Shown here piece after piece: positions 9,591 to 19,447 of a stretch of 64,000 bases of DNA (position 1 is its first letter; each line of letters begins with the position of its first letter). Below the pieces are notes generated by a model. It was given only the letters and a program-made list of their open reading frames with translations, did no database searches and had not been told where the DNA came from. The stretch covers positions 1 to 64,000 of IMG/VR virus record IMGVR_UViG_3300044726_000013; one strand, given 5' to 3'. Origin of the DNA: a virus. The translations under genes were made by a program, and so were the position numbers.

Positions 9591-11084
9591 TTATATCCAA
9601 TCAGCCAGACCGTCTTGCACCACGCTGCGCGCCACGTTGCGCTTGGTGCGCAGGGCGTTCAGTATCTTCTCATCCACCGTCTTGGGGGCCACAATGTCAA
9701 CGTAGGTCACGGTGCCCACGGTGCCTATGCGGTGGGTGCGGTCTTCAGACTGTTCACGTATCTCCCAATCATAGCCGTTGCTGTAGTAGATCACCAGCGT
9801 GCCTGCCGTCCACGTGCGGCCACGGGCACCGGCTTGGTCAGTGGCCACCATGAAGCGCCGCCTGCCCATCTGAAAGCCAGCCTCATGGGCTTCACGCTCA
9901 GCCACGCTGATGCCGCCGTGCCACTCACCCACGGCGTCAGGGCCGTACAGTTGGCGCAGCCGCCCGGTCACCAGCATGGCGTCAGGCCGCCAGTGGCACC
10001 AGATGACCACCTGTTCTTCGCTGGCGGCAATGATCTGCTCAACGGCTGACAGGCGGTTGCTGTCAAGGCGGCGCAGTATGCCATCGTCAGTCTTGACGTG
10101 GCCGCAGATGACGCAGTGCATGCGCATAAGCTGGGTGACAACAAGTTCGGTTGAAACCTCTTCACCCCGCACCTTGGCCAGAGCAAACTGCCGCAGTTCC
10201 TTGTAGACGGTCTGCTGTTCTTTGGTCAGTTCAACTTCCCATCTGCGGTAGACCTTGGGCGGCAGGTCAAGGCACTCAACCTTGCGCCGCCTGAAGCTGT
10301 GCAGGCTGACCAATCGCTGCAACTCTTCAGTGTTGGCGGGGCCCACTTCCTTCTTGATGGTGCGGTTGCCAATCTGCATCAGCGCCAGCTTGTTGAAGCG
10401 GGCCTGAAAGGTGATGAAGTGCTTGTAGCCCAGCGGGTTCATGCCGGGCCGCAGGAACTCAAACTGCGCCCACAGGTCACTCTGGCTGCCGGTGCTGGGG
10501 CTGCCGGTCATGATGCGGTGCATGACCGCCTTGGCGCTCAGCTTGTGCAACAGCTTGGTGCGCTTGGCACCGGGGTTCTTGATGGTGGTTGACTCGTCAA
10601 TGACCATCATGGTGCGGTGGGCCTTGCAGAACGCCAGAATGAGCCCGGTGGCGTCAGCCGTGGCAGCCAGCGCCTCAACGTTGATCAGCAGTATGCGCGG
10701 GCTGGGCTGGCTGGTGTCAAGCAGCCGCCGCCGTTCATCATGGTCAACCCGGCTGCGCCCGGCCCGGTACATATGCACGCGAGCCGTGCGGGTGTATTCT
10801 GACCACAGCCAGCGCTGCACCTCACCGGGGTTGTCTTGGCTGTCACGGTGCCAGTTGGTGTACACGCCCTTGGGGGCAATCACTATCATGCCGTCAACCC
10901 GGTTGTCGGCATAGTTCATCATGAAGTCATCAATGACCACCCGGCTCTTGCCCAAGCCCATCTCCAGAAAGTAGGCAAAGAAGTCACGCCGCCAGCCAAT
11001 CTCAAGCGCCTCTAGCTGGTGCTGAAGCGGGGCTGATCGGGGGGCGTAAACCGGGGTTGCCGTCTTGGGTGCCGTCTGAACCAT
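9591..11084 (-). CDS. SNF2-family (SF2) DNA helicase
   Basis: EMGLGKS motif I, IDES motif II, TGSP motif III, QSEDRTHRIG motif VI. Confidence 0.92.
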   Translation of the reverse strand: MVQTAPKTATPVYAPRSAPLQHQLEALEIGWRRDFFAYFLEMGLGKSRVVIDDFMMNYADNRVDGMIVIAPKGVYTNWHRDSQDNPGEVQRWLWSEYTRTARVHMYRAGRSRVDHDERRRLLDTSQPSPRILLINVEALAATADATGLILAFCKAHRTMMVIDESTTIKNPGAKRTKLLHKLSAKAVMHRIMTGSPSTGSQSDLWAQFEFLRPGMNPLGYKHFITFQARFNKLALMQIGNRTIKKEVGPANTEELQRLVSLHSFRRRKVECLDLPPKVYRRWEVELTKEQQTVYKELRQFALAKVRGEEVSTELVVTQLMRMHCVICGHVKTDDGILRRLDSNRLSAVEQIIAASEEQVVIWCHWRPDAMLVTGRLRQLYGPDAVGEWHGGISVAEREAHEAGFQMGRRRFMVATDQAGARGRTWTAGTLVIYYSNGYDWEIREQSEDRTHRIGTVGTVTYVDIVAPKTVDEKILNALRTKRNVARSVVQDGLADWI

Positions 11085-11090
11085 GAAAAC

Positions 11091-11119
11091 ACTGTAAAGT
11101 CCCCTGTGCGGGGTGTCAA
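11091..11119 (-). promoter_or_regulatory. Sigma70-type promoter of the SNF2 helicase (likely leaderless transcript)
   Basis: TTGACA-N17-TACAGT-N6-ATG. Confidence 0.65.
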
Positions 11120-11146
11120 AGCCACTTTATCGCTTACCATTTCAAT

Positions 11147-11229
11147 ACACACGCGCACACGTAATAGGTCAAAAACCCTTGCATTGCGCGCTACGCGCCC
11201 GTGCAACTATTACGCTATTACGCTATTAG
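11147..11229 (-). other. Non-coding element I (origin-like), inverted homologue of 45578-45690
   Basis: Three CTATT repeats (11207, 11215, 11223) plus blocks shared with element II. Confidence 0.55.
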
Positions 11230-11329
11230 AGGTGATGACCCTTTCAACTTCAAAAAGTTTTTGCCTTGCGCGCGTATAGGGTGGGAGCCTACCATACCCC
11301 GGTAACCTCAAAACTGGATAGGCAACCCA

Positions 11330-11923
11330 ATGACCACAGACGATGACCTGTCAGCCGCGCTGGCGGCAGAAGCCCAAGCGGCATCCCCGGCTGACGCTGA
11401 GGCCCCACCCACCCTAGAGCGCATGCAACAGCTTGCGGCTGAGGTGGCTGACATAGATGACCGCATTGAAAAGAACACGCTACGCATCGCGGTGCTGCAA
11501 GCCCGGCGCAACGCCATTGTGTTCAAAGACCTTGTTGAATTGATGGATGAGGCCCACGTGACCCAGCTTCAGGTGGGCGCTGACGTGTTCAAGGCCGGGC
11601 CGTACTACAAGGCCGTCATACCTGTTGAGGACCAGAACCACCCCGGCTATGCGTGGCTTGAGGCCCATGAGGCAGGCAGCTTGATCAAAAATCAGGTGGT
11701 GCTTGAGTTTCCACGTGGCTCAGAAGATGACGCCAAGCTGGCTGAAGACATGTGCCGCAAGCGTTTTCAACAGGCTGAGGTGAGCCGCAAGCGCATGGTT
11801 CACCACGGCACCTTGACGAAATGGCTGAAGGAGGTGCATGAAAGTGGTGACACCATGCCACCGCTTGACGTGATTGGCGGCACGGTGGGCCGCGTTGTGA
11901 AGATAACCAAAGCAAAGGAATAA
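11330..11923 (+). CDS. Conserved hypothetical protein of YuA-type replication modules
   Basis: WL...G.LIK and VH..TL..W motifs; lies between the helicase and the SSB-like gene. Confidence 0.7.
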   Translation: MTTDDDLSAALAAEAQAASPADAEAPPTLERMQQLAAEVADIDDRIEKNTLRIAVLQARRNAIVFKDLVELMDEAHVTQLQVGADVFKAGPYYKAVIPVEDQNHPGYAWLEAHEAGSLIKNQVVLEFPRGSEDDAKLAEDMCRKRFQQAEVSRKRMVHHGTLTKWLKEVHESGDTMPPLDVIGGTVGRVVKITKAKE

Positions 11924-11926
11924 ATC

Positions 11927-12811
11927 ATGGCCAAAGAAGTAGTAGCGAAGAAGAACGGCAACGGCGGTGACCTGATACCGGCTGATATGCTTGACGAGAT
12001 GATTGCCAATGCCGGTGCCGGTGTCAGCACGGCGTCTGACGACAATATTTTGCCATTCATAATCTTGCTTCAGGACCTCAGCCCTGAAGTCAAGAAGCGT
12101 GACCCTGCCTACGTTGAGGGTGCTGAGGCTGGCATGTATCTCAACAGGGCCACCAAGGCGCTGTACGCGGGTGACAGGGCCATGGCTGAGCGCACCGGCA
12201 AGCCGCAACTTGAGTTTCAGCACTGCGTGCTGACCAAGGAAATTGTTGAGTGGGTGCCCCGCAATGACGGCGGCGGCTTTGTGGCCCGCTACCCGCTGGT
12301 GGGCACGGTTGAAGACACCATGCGCAAGCTGGGGGCCCGGCAGATGGCTGACCCGCAAGACCCCAACAAGGTGGTCTGGAAGACCGCAGACGGCGCGCAT
12401 GACCTGATTGAGACGCGCTATCACTTTGGCAACATCATCAATGACGACCTGCCGCAGCCCGCCGTCATTGCCTTCAAGTCAACCGGCCACACCGCCAGCA
12501 AGTCATGGAACACCATGATGCTGGGCTTCAAGATTGTGGACCCCAAGACCCAGCGCCCCATGCTGCACAACGGGCAGGTGCTGACCATGCCTGCGTGGTT
12601 CAGGCGCTATGTGGTGGGCACCACCCCCAAGGAGAACAACAAGGGCAGCTTCTTTGTCACCACGGTGGCTGATGGCGGGGTGATCAAAGACCCCGGCCTG
12701 AGGGCGGCTGGCAAGACCCTGCACGACGGTGCCAAGGCTGGGCTGATCAAGGCTGGCACTGATGAAGATGGCGGCGGCGGTGGCCGCGCTGAGGCTTCTG
12801 ACGAAATCTAG
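11927..12811 (+). CDS. Putative single-stranded DNA-binding protein
   Basis: PFI.LLQ.LSPEV and EWVPR..GGG.V motifs, acidic C-terminal tail, upstream of primase. Confidence 0.55.
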   Translation: MAKEVVAKKNGNGGDLIPADMLDEMIANAGAGVSTASDDNILPFIILLQDLSPEVKKRDPAYVEGAEAGMYLNRATKALYAGDRAMAERTGKPQLEFQHCVLTKEIVEWVPRNDGGGFVARYPLVGTVEDTMRKLGARQMADPQDPNKVVWKTADGAHDLIETRYHFGNIINDDLPQPAVIAFKSTGHTASKSWNTMMLGFKIVDPKTQRPMLHNGQVLTMPAWFRRYVVGTTPKENNKGSFFVTTVADGGVIKDPGLRAAGKTLHDGAKAGLIKAGTDEDGGGGGRAEASDEI

Positions 12812-12921
12812 TCTGAGCCCAAAAGGTCTGGCATAGCCTGCTTTGATGCCGGGTCGCCCCCGGCCAGCGAACACCAAGTATGCCCCCTTTCTTAAGCCCC
12901 CTAAGATAGGACCCAGACCCC

Positions 12922-14610
12922 ATGGTTGATGAAGCACTGGCGCGCCGGTTCATGCAACGGTTTGAAGGCTACACCACGGCCTACGGTACTTACGACAAGA
13001 ACAAAACGGTCACAGGCATTCTGGGCGGCAAGGTTGAGATCAAAAGCACCGCCATCACCAAGCGTGAGCCGGTGACGCTCAAACTCTGGCTTGACCACCT
13101 GAACGGCGTGGCCCCGCTGGGTATCATCCCCATACGCTCAAACAACACCTGCCTGTGGGGCTGCATTGATATCGACCAATACGGCGTTGATGTTGTTGAA
13201 CTGCAAGCACGCATAGCCAGAAAGGGCCTGCCGTTGATCTTGGCGGCCAGCAAGTCAGGCGGCGCGCACGCCTTCTTGGTCATGATGCGCAAGCTGAGCG
13301 CGCCACCAGCGGCCAGCGTCATGAAATACCGCCTAGAGGAAATGGCCGCCATGCTTGGCTATGGTGGCTCAGAGATATTCCCCAAGCAAAGCACGGTGCT
13401 GTACGCGCGCGGTGATCTGGGCAGTTGGCTCAACATGCCATACTTTGGGGACACCCGCTGGGCCTACCGCCCTGACGGCAGCACCATGCCGCCTGAAGAG
13501 TTCATGAACACACTTGACGCGCTTGAGCAGACATCTGAATGGCTGCTTGAGGTGGATGACGCAACCAAGAGCGCAGCGGCTGATGATACAGGCAAGAAGG
13601 GTGACGTGGAGTTCAGTGACGGGCCACCCTGCATGCAGCACCTGAGCGCCATTGGCATTGGTGAAGGTGGCCGCAATGAAGGCATCATGGCCATGGGTAT
13701 CTTTGCCAAGAAGAAATTCCCAAACAACTGGGAAGAGGTGCTTGAGCGTTGGAACAGGCTTTACGCTATGCCGCCGCTGCCCGCTGCTGAAATACTGGAT
13801 GTCATCAAGCGGCTGAAGCTAAAGGACTACTTTTACCCGTGCAAGAAGCAACCCATCAAGGCGCACTGCAACAGCGCCCTGTGCCGCACGCGCAAGCACG
13901 GCGTGGCGTCTGGCTCACCTGAAGACATGCCGGTTATAGGTGGCCTGTCATGCCTGCCCGGTGATGAAGAACTGTGGTTCTTGGATGTTGGTGACACGCG
14001 CATAGAACTGACCACCGAACAGTTGATGAATTACCGGGTATTTCAGCGTGTCTTGGCCGCGAAATACTACAAGATGTTCACGGGCATGGCACAGTCTGAC
14101 TGGAACATTGTGGTTGGCGCGGCACTGCGTGAAGTCAACGTCTTGGATGTGCGGCCTGAAGTGGGGCATCTGGGCCAGTTTGTTGAGTTGCTTGATGATT
14201 TTGTCAACAACAAGCACAGAGCAACCACCCGTGAGGAAATACGACTGGGGCGGCCATGGCTTGACGCAGACCTGACCGTGAAGCTTGAGGGCTTGCCTGA
14301 TGAAGCCCGGCATTTCTTCAGGCTGCGTGACCTGAGGCGATTTCTTGAAGAGGCCAAGTTCACGGTCTTCAACGCGTCACAACTGACCACGCGCCTGAAG
14401 CACCTGAATGGCGGCTCACACTTTTTTCAATTGGCTGTGGAGCCATCAAAGCCGGGCAAGGCCGGGGCCCCGGATGATGGGGCTGACGACAAGAAGAACG
14501 GCAAAAAGAAGGAGACCAAGGGCACCAACGTTTGGTGGGTGCCCGCTGACTTCATTGTGCCAATGCCCCGCGTTGAGACGCCACCCATAAAGAAGGATGA
14601 ACTGGCATGA
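12922..14610 (+). CDS. AEP-type DNA primase with PriCT domain
   Basis: WGCIDID, SKSGGAH, EIFPKQ, WLNMPY, PPC and GGRN motifs; Cys cluster. Confidence 0.85.
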   Translation: MVDEALARRFMQRFEGYTTAYGTYDKNKTVTGILGGKVEIKSTAITKREPVTLKLWLDHLNGVAPLGIIPIRSNNTCLWGCIDIDQYGVDVVELQARIARKGLPLILAASKSGGAHAFLVMMRKLSAPPAASVMKYRLEEMAAMLGYGGSEIFPKQSTVLYARGDLGSWLNMPYFGDTRWAYRPDGSTMPPEEFMNTLDALEQTSEWLLEVDDATKSAAADDTGKKGDVEFSDGPPCMQHLSAIGIGEGGRNEGIMAMGIFAKKKFPNNWEEVLERWNRLYAMPPLPAAEILDVIKRLKLKDYFYPCKKQPIKAHCNSALCRTRKHGVASGSPEDMPVIGGLSCLPGDEELWFLDVGDTRIELTTEQLMNYRVFQRVLAAKYYKMFTGMAQSDWNIVVGAALREVNVLDVRPEVGHLGQFVELLDDFVNNKHRATTREEIRLGRPWLDADLTVKLEGLPDEARHFFRLRDLRRFLEEAKFTVFNASQLTTRLKHLNGGSHFFQLAVEPSKPGKAGAPDDGADDKKNGKKKETKGTNVWWVPADFIVPMPRVETPPIKKDELA

Positions 14611-14804
14611 GTGACGTTGACCTGATCCTGTACATGCACCATGAGACGCCTGACGCCGTGCTGGTGTCTGAAGACGGCACAGAAGCGGACGCCGTCTGGC
14701 TACCCAAGAAATTTGCTGAGCGGGGTGAGCGCCGCAGCAAAAACGAGCCTATATTTGAGTTCAGCGTGGCCGAGTGGCTGGCTCAGAAAGAAGGTTTGAT
14801 ATGA
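14607..14804 (+). CDS. Small hypothetical protein
   Basis: ET.DAVLV...VWLPK...V.EWLA..EGL motif; overlapping starts and stops. Confidence 0.7.
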   Translation: MSDVDLILYMHHETPDAVLVSEDGTEADAVWLPKKFAERGERRSKNEPIFEFSVAEWLAQKEGLI

Positions 14805-15115
14805 TTGAATTTGCATTGTTACACCCGCGTGTCACCCCTGAGTGGCTGGGCTTCTTGCCCACGTTCTTCAGCCCCCGTGACCCGCGCCCGGCGCGTGAAC
14901 AGATACACACCGCCTACCTGCACGGCGGTGGCTGGCGGCCCCAGAAGGGCTTTACCTACAACCCGCAGACCCGCACCATGAAGTACCCCGGTGACCCCGC
15001 CTTCAAGCCGCTGGCCATAGCCAAGCTGCGTGATGAGACACTGATCTTCTATGAGGCTGAATATCTGGCTATCATTCAGCCTGACGGCAGCTTTGAGATG
15101 GCGCGCGTCAATTGA
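14801..15115 (+). CDS. Hypothetical protein
   Basis: ATG overlaps the previous stop; HGGGW and YPGDP motifs. Confidence 0.7.
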   Translation: MIEFALLHPRVTPEWLGFLPTFFSPRDPRPAREQIHTAYLHGGGWRPQKGFTYNPQTRTMKYPGDPAFKPLAIAKLRDETLIFYEAEYLAIIQPDGSFEMARVN

Positions 15116-15360
15116 TCGGCCATACCGTCAAGCGCTGGGGCGTGCTGTGGCACTCACGCAACGCGCTTGACGGTGACCGGCAGCACCTGATGCACGGCGC
15201 GATCTTTGAAACGCGCCGTGAGGCCCGTGCCTACATTGAAGCGGAGTACGGCTACATACGCACCCGCTCTGATCTGCGCCGTGAGCCGCACGGCTGGCAC
15301 ATGCCCAAGGCGGTGCGGGTCAGCATCACAACGGAGGTTCTGCATGAACACCAGCCCTGA
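15112..15360 (+). CDS. Hypothetical protein
   Basis: Coupled ORF; FETRREARA.I...YGYI motif. Confidence 0.6.
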   Translation: MIGHTVKRWGVLWHSRNALDGDRQHLMHGAIFETRREARAYIEAEYGYIRTRSDLRREPHGWHMPKAVRVSITTEVLHEHQP

Positions 15361-15766
15361 CGGCTACCTGACCACGGCGCGCGTGCTTGAGGCGTACCAG
15401 CAATGCTGGCGGCCTGAGGGCAGCGCCCCGGCGCACAACGTTGAGGTGGCGGGCTGGCTGGTGCGCCACACCTTCAGCATCATGCGCCTGCAACGGTCAC
15501 GGGAGGCTATCATACGCATGCTGCTGAGCCTGAATGAAGGCTTCAGGGCTGACGTGGGTGAGGGCGGCAGCGTGGGTGCCATGGTGCAGCGCGGTGACGG
15601 CAGCGTGTGGACCCAAGACATGACTGACGTTGAGAAGCTGGTGGCGCTGGGCATAGCCAGCGGGCTGGCCAGCTTCTGCGCGCCGCGTGACAAGTGGGAC
15701 CGGCTGCCCGGTGGCCTGCCCTACGTCAGGGTGGAAATCACAAGATTTGGTGTGAGCGTCAATTGA
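15344..15766 (+). CDS. Hypothetical protein
   Basis: GGAGG RBS before the ATG at 15344; LPGG.PY motif. Confidence 0.65.
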   Translation: MNTSPDGYLTTARVLEAYQQCWRPEGSAPAHNVEVAGWLVRHTFSIMRLQRSREAIIRMLLSLNEGFRADVGEGGSVGAMVQRGDGSVWTQDMTDVEKLVALGIASGLASFCAPRDKWDRLPGGLPYVRVEITRFGVSVN

Positions 15767-17280
15767 TGGAAATTGTACTTGGCCCGCCCGGCACTGGCAA
15801 GACTACCTACCTACTCAACCAGATGGAGCAGGAACTTGGCCGGGGCCTGCGGCCTGAGCGCATAGGCTTTGTCAGCTTCACCCGGCGCGCCACGCAAGAG
15901 GCCAAGGACCGGGCCAAGGCCAAGTTTGGGTTTGTCTCACACCAGTTGCCGTGGATGCGCACGCTGCACAGCCTGTGCTTCAGGGCACTGGGTATGGACA
16001 AGGCTGAAGTGCTTGAGGGCAAGAAGCTAAAGGAATTTGGTCTGCACATAGGCGCGCCCATCACCGGGTTTGTCTCACTGGATGAAGGCACCACCTTTGG
16101 CTTTCAGACAGGTGACCGCTGCCTATTCATGGATAACCTTGCGCGGGTGCAGTGCATACCGCTGCGCCAACAATATGATGCGGACCCTGACGGCCTGACT
16201 TGGCGGGTGGTTGACCACTTCTCACGGGGGCTGGCTGAGTACAAGAGCGCGCACGGTCTAAAGGACTACACTGACATGCTTGCCCAGTTTGTTCAGCAGG
16301 GCTGGTCAACCAAACTTGACGCCCTGTTTGTGGATGAGGCGCAAGACCTGAGCGCCCTGCAATGGCAGGTGGTCAGCGTGCTGGCCAGAGGCGTTGGGCG
16401 CGTGGTGGTGGCCGGTGATGATGATCAGGCTATCTACCACTGGGCCGGGGCGGCGGTAGAGCATTTCATAGGGCTACAGGGCAGCACGGTGACCGTGCTT
16501 GACCATAGCTGGCGCGTGCCGCCTGAGGTGCAGGCCGTGGCCAACAACATCATAGGCCGCGTCACCTACCGGCGTGACAAGAAGTGGAACCCGCGTGACG
16601 GCACCGGCAAGGTGGTGCGGGTGGGTACGCTGGATGAGGCTGACATTGACGTGGGTGAAGACACGCTGATCCTTGCCCGCAACACGTGCTTTCTGCGTGA
16701 TGACGCCATGCGCCTGCTACAGGCCAGAGGCATACTGTACGAGTACAAGGGCGGCGTCAGCGTCAAGCAGTCACTGGTTGACGCCATTGTGGCGTGGGAG
16801 CGCCTGCGCCGTGGCGGTGAGGTGATGGTTGAGACTGCCGTCAAGATTTATGACGTGATGACGGCGGGCACCGGCTACCGGCGTGGCTTCAAGAAGCTGA
16901 CCGCGTGGGCGGACCATGAGCAACTGGTTACCCTGCAAGACCTTAAGGAGGCAGGCGGTCTGCTGACTGACGCCCCTTGGCATCAGGCGCTGACCCGCTT
17001 GACTGTGGATGAACGCATCTACATGCTCAAGGTCTTGCAGCACGGCCAGAAGCTGACAGAGCCCACCAAGATCAGGCTCAGCACCATTCACGGGGCCAAG
17101 GGCGCGCAGGCCGATCACGTCATTGTGTTGACTGACAGGGCGTGGCGCAGTTTCAAGGAGGGTGAACGCCTGCCTGATGATGAGGCCCGCACATGGTATG
17201 TGGCGGTGACGCGGGCCAAGCACAAACTAACGATAGTTTCTGACCTTCTCACCTACCGGAGCAAGAATTACCCCATCTAA
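15766..17280 (+). CDS. UvrD/Rep-like SF1 helicase
   Basis: GPPGTGKT, VDEAQD, GDDDQAIY, STIHGAKG and YVAVTRA motifs. Confidence 0.92.
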   Translation: MEIVLGPPGTGKTTYLLNQMEQELGRGLRPERIGFVSFTRRATQEAKDRAKAKFGFVSHQLPWMRTLHSLCFRALGMDKAEVLEGKKLKEFGLHIGAPITGFVSLDEGTTFGFQTGDRCLFMDNLARVQCIPLRQQYDADPDGLTWRVVDHFSRGLAEYKSAHGLKDYTDMLAQFVQQGWSTKLDALFVDEAQDLSALQWQVVSVLARGVGRVVVAGDDDQAIYHWAGAAVEHFIGLQGSTVTVLDHSWRVPPEVQAVANNIIGRVTYRRDKKWNPRDGTGKVVRVGTLDEADIDVGEDTLILARNTCFLRDDAMRLLQARGILYEYKGGVSVKQSLVDAIVAWERLRRGGEVMVETAVKIYDVMTAGTGYRRGFKKLTAWADHEQLVTLQDLKEAGGLLTDAPWHQALTRLTVDERIYMLKVLQHGQKLTEPTKIRLSTIHGAKGAQADHVIVLTDRAWRSFKEGERLPDDEARTWYVAVTRAKHKLTIVSDLLTYRSKNYPI

Positions 17281-17285
17281 GGGGT

Positions 17286-17316
17286 GCTTTACATTTGATG
17301 GAACGGAGTGTACAGC
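17286..17316 (+). promoter_or_regulatory. Repeated phage promoter
   Basis: GCTTTACA-N17-TACAGC. Confidence 0.6.
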
Positions 17317-17363
17317 TAAGTGTCGAGCGGACACTTGACTGCAACAGTAAAAGGAAGACTAAA

Positions 17364-17777
17364 ATGGCTGTAACGCGTAAACGGATTGATGAGAATGCCA
17401 TCATCACCGTACTGGCTGAAGACAACCCCAAGCGTGAGGGCTCTGCCGCCCGCGCCCGGTTTGACCTGTACCGTGATGGCATGACCGTCAGGGAGGCCAA
17501 GGCCAATGGCCTGTGGGCCACTGACATTGCCTATGACAGCGACCCCGGCCGCAACTTCATCAGGCTGACAACGGCTGACGGTGAGGACGCCACCCCGGCA
17601 CCCAAGGCCAAGAAGGCCAAGAGCGCCAAGAAGGTGGCCAAGAAGGTGGCCAAGAAGGTGGCCAAGAAGGTGGCCAAAAAGGCCGCCAAGAAGCGGGTCA
17701 AAAAGCAACCCGAGCCTGAGGTGGCAGTTGACCCTGAGGCTGAGGGAACTGAGACTGACGCCATGGCCGCTGAGTAA
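17364..17777 (+). CDS. Histone H1-like basic protein with N-terminal NPKxxGS domain
   Basis: NPKREGS...YRDGMTV domain, AKKV repeats, acidic tail; AAGGAAG RBS. Confidence 0.8.
   Translation: MAVTRKRIDENAIITVLAEDNPKREGSAARARFDLYRDGMTVREAKANGLWATDIAYDSDPGRNFIRLTTADGEDATPAPKAKKAKSAKKVAKKVAKKVAKKVAKKAAKKRVKKQPEPEVAVDPEAEGTETDAMAAE
17625..17672 (+). repeat. 12-bp tandem repeat GCCAAGAAGGTG x4 (AKKV)
   Basis: Four perfect copies followed by two degenerate ones. Confidence 0.9.
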
Positions 17778-17806
17778 AGCGGCGGCAACCGGGGGAGCCC
17801 TGAGGC

Positions 17807-18649
17807 ATGCGCGTTGAAGACATCTGGGTGTTCGCCCAAAAGCGGCACTACATCTACCTGAGACGCACAGCCGGGGCACCCCCGGAAACGTGGACTGATG
17901 ACCCCATTCTGAAGACCTACCGCTTCTGCAACATGTACCGTGAACTTGACACCGTGACCGATTGGTTGCGGGTCAACTGGCGTGAGCCGCACGCTGACCA
18001 CCCTGACCTGTGGCACGCCTTTGTGGTGGCCCGGCACATCAACAACGTGCCCATGCTGACTGCGCTGGGCGGCATCACGCTGCCGTGGGACCCCGGCCAT
18101 TTCATTGACGTGGGCATGGCCCGCAAGCAGGCTGGTGAGCGCGTCTGGTCTGCCGCCTACATCATTGGCACCCGCACGCCCGGTGACAAGTGCATCTACA
18201 TTGCCGATAACGTGCTGACGCCCATGTGGCGCAAGCGTGACAAGATCAGGCCGCAACAGGGTGACACGCTGACCAGTTGGCACATGCAGCTTGGCCTATG
18301 GTTCGGCATGGCCAGCTTCATGGCGGCGCAGGTGATTGCGGATATCAAGCACGCCACCCCGGCGCTGAAGAACGCTGGTGACTGGCACACCTTCTGCGCC
18401 AGCGGGCCGGGCAGCCGCCGTGGGCTCAACCGCATCTTTGAGCGTGACAAGAATGCGCCTTGGCGTGAAGATGACTTCAGGCTGAAGCTGCTGAGCCTGA
18501 GGCAGGAACTGGCACCCATGTTTGCCGCCAGCGGCTGGGCTATACCTGACGCGCAAGACGTGCAGAACATGCTGTGTGAGTTTGACAAGTACGAGCGCAC
18601 CCGGCTGGGTGAGGGCAAACCCAAGCAACTGTTCAGAGGTGGATCATGA
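17807..18649 (+). CDS. aGPT-Pplase clade 1 (HhH-glycosylase-like helical protein of thymine hypermodification systems)
   Basis: WTDDPIL..YRFCN.YRE.D, F.A.QV..D, GPGS.RGL and D.QN.LCEFDKY.R motifs. Confidence 0.85.
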   Translation: MRVEDIWVFAQKRHYIYLRRTAGAPPETWTDDPILKTYRFCNMYRELDTVTDWLRVNWREPHADHPDLWHAFVVARHINNVPMLTALGGITLPWDPGHFIDVGMARKQAGERVWSAAYIIGTRTPGDKCIYIADNVLTPMWRKRDKIRPQQGDTLTSWHMQLGLWFGMASFMAAQVIADIKHATPALKNAGDWHTFCASGPGSRRGLNRIFERDKNAPWREDDFRLKLLSLRQELAPMFAASGWAIPDAQDVQNMLCEFDKYERTRLGEGKPKQLFRGGS

Positions 18650-18713
18650 CCCGCAGCAACACCACATGGCACGCACACAAGCTGTTCAAGCGTCGGTACA
18701 AGAAAAGGCCCAA

Positions 18714-18869
18714 GTGATTTTGCCCAAGTACGACTGGCACAGCGCAGATGATGATTATGAGCCGTTGCCCGTGCCGGGCATGGGTGCGTTCTGGTTTGGC
18801 GCGCTGGTGGGCGCGCTGATTGAGGCTGGGCTGATACTGGTATTCGCTTTCATCTTCTGGGTGCTGTGA
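18714..18869 (+). CDS. Small membrane protein
   Basis: GTG start overlapping the stop of a 23-aa ORF; C-terminal TM helix. Confidence 0.45.
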   Translation: MILPKYDWHSADDDYEPLPVPGMGAFWFGALVGALIEAGLILVFAFIFWVL

Positions 18870-18955
18870 TGAATATGACGCCTGAGCGGTTGGGTGCCTA
18901 TCTGGTGGCGGTGGTGGTGGTGCTGGCATTGCTGGTGTGGTTTGGAGTGATCTGA
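18869..18955 (+). CDS. Small membrane peptide
   Basis: MNMTPERLGAYLVAVVVVLALLVWFGVI*, coupled to both neighbours. Confidence 0.45.
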   Translation: MNMTPERLGAYLVAVVVVLALLVWFGVI

Positions 18956-19155
18956 TGATGCCTGAGCGGTTGACGGATTGGTTTGACTGGCCCGGTGGCC
19001 CGGTGCCGCCCATGCCACCTGAGACGGCGGTGGTGGTGAAGTTCCGTGACGGGCTTGAGGGCCGGGCGCGCAAGGTCAAGAGCCTGCGGTGGGATCACGT
19101 CAATAGCCCTGATGACGTGGTGGCCTACCGCTACTGGGTGAGGGTTGATGGCTGA
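18955..19155 (+). CDS. Hypothetical protein
   Basis: W.GGP.P...V.VKFRDG...W.H...D.VAYR motif. Confidence 0.65.
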   Translation: MMPERLTDWFDWPGGPVPPMPPETAVVVKFRDGLEGRARKVKSLRWDHVNSPDDVVAYRYWVRVDG

Positions 19156-19378
19156 GGCTGAAGATGCTTCAGTGGAAGCGGCGCACACCAAGGCCACCCT
19201 TGAGGTGCTGAGGGCCGTCTGGACCATTGCCAAGCGGCATCAGGTCTGCGCCTCATGCCTGATGTTCAACGCCGCGTCACAGGTGAGGCTGGCGCTTGAT
19301 GATGGTGACATAGACCACGGGCCGCCTGACATTGACGAAGAGTTTGAAATAGTGGGTGAATTTCGTACTGACCACTAA
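19148..19378 (+). CDS. Hypothetical protein
   Basis: Coupled ORF with a CxxC motif. Confidence 0.55.
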   Translation: MAEAEDASVEAAHTKATLEVLRAVWTIAKRHQVCASCLMFNAASQVRLALDDGDIDHGPPDIDEEFEIVGEFRTDH

Positions 19379-19381
19379 ATA

Positions 19382-19415
19382 TCGCTTTACAATCAGGCAT
19401 GAAGGATGCTACTTA
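19382..19415 (+). promoter_or_regulatory. Repeated phage promoter
   Basis: TCGCTTTACA-N18-TACTTA. Confidence 0.7.
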
Positions 19416-19447
19416 GGGGACTCAACCAACCCCTCTGGAGCCAACCC

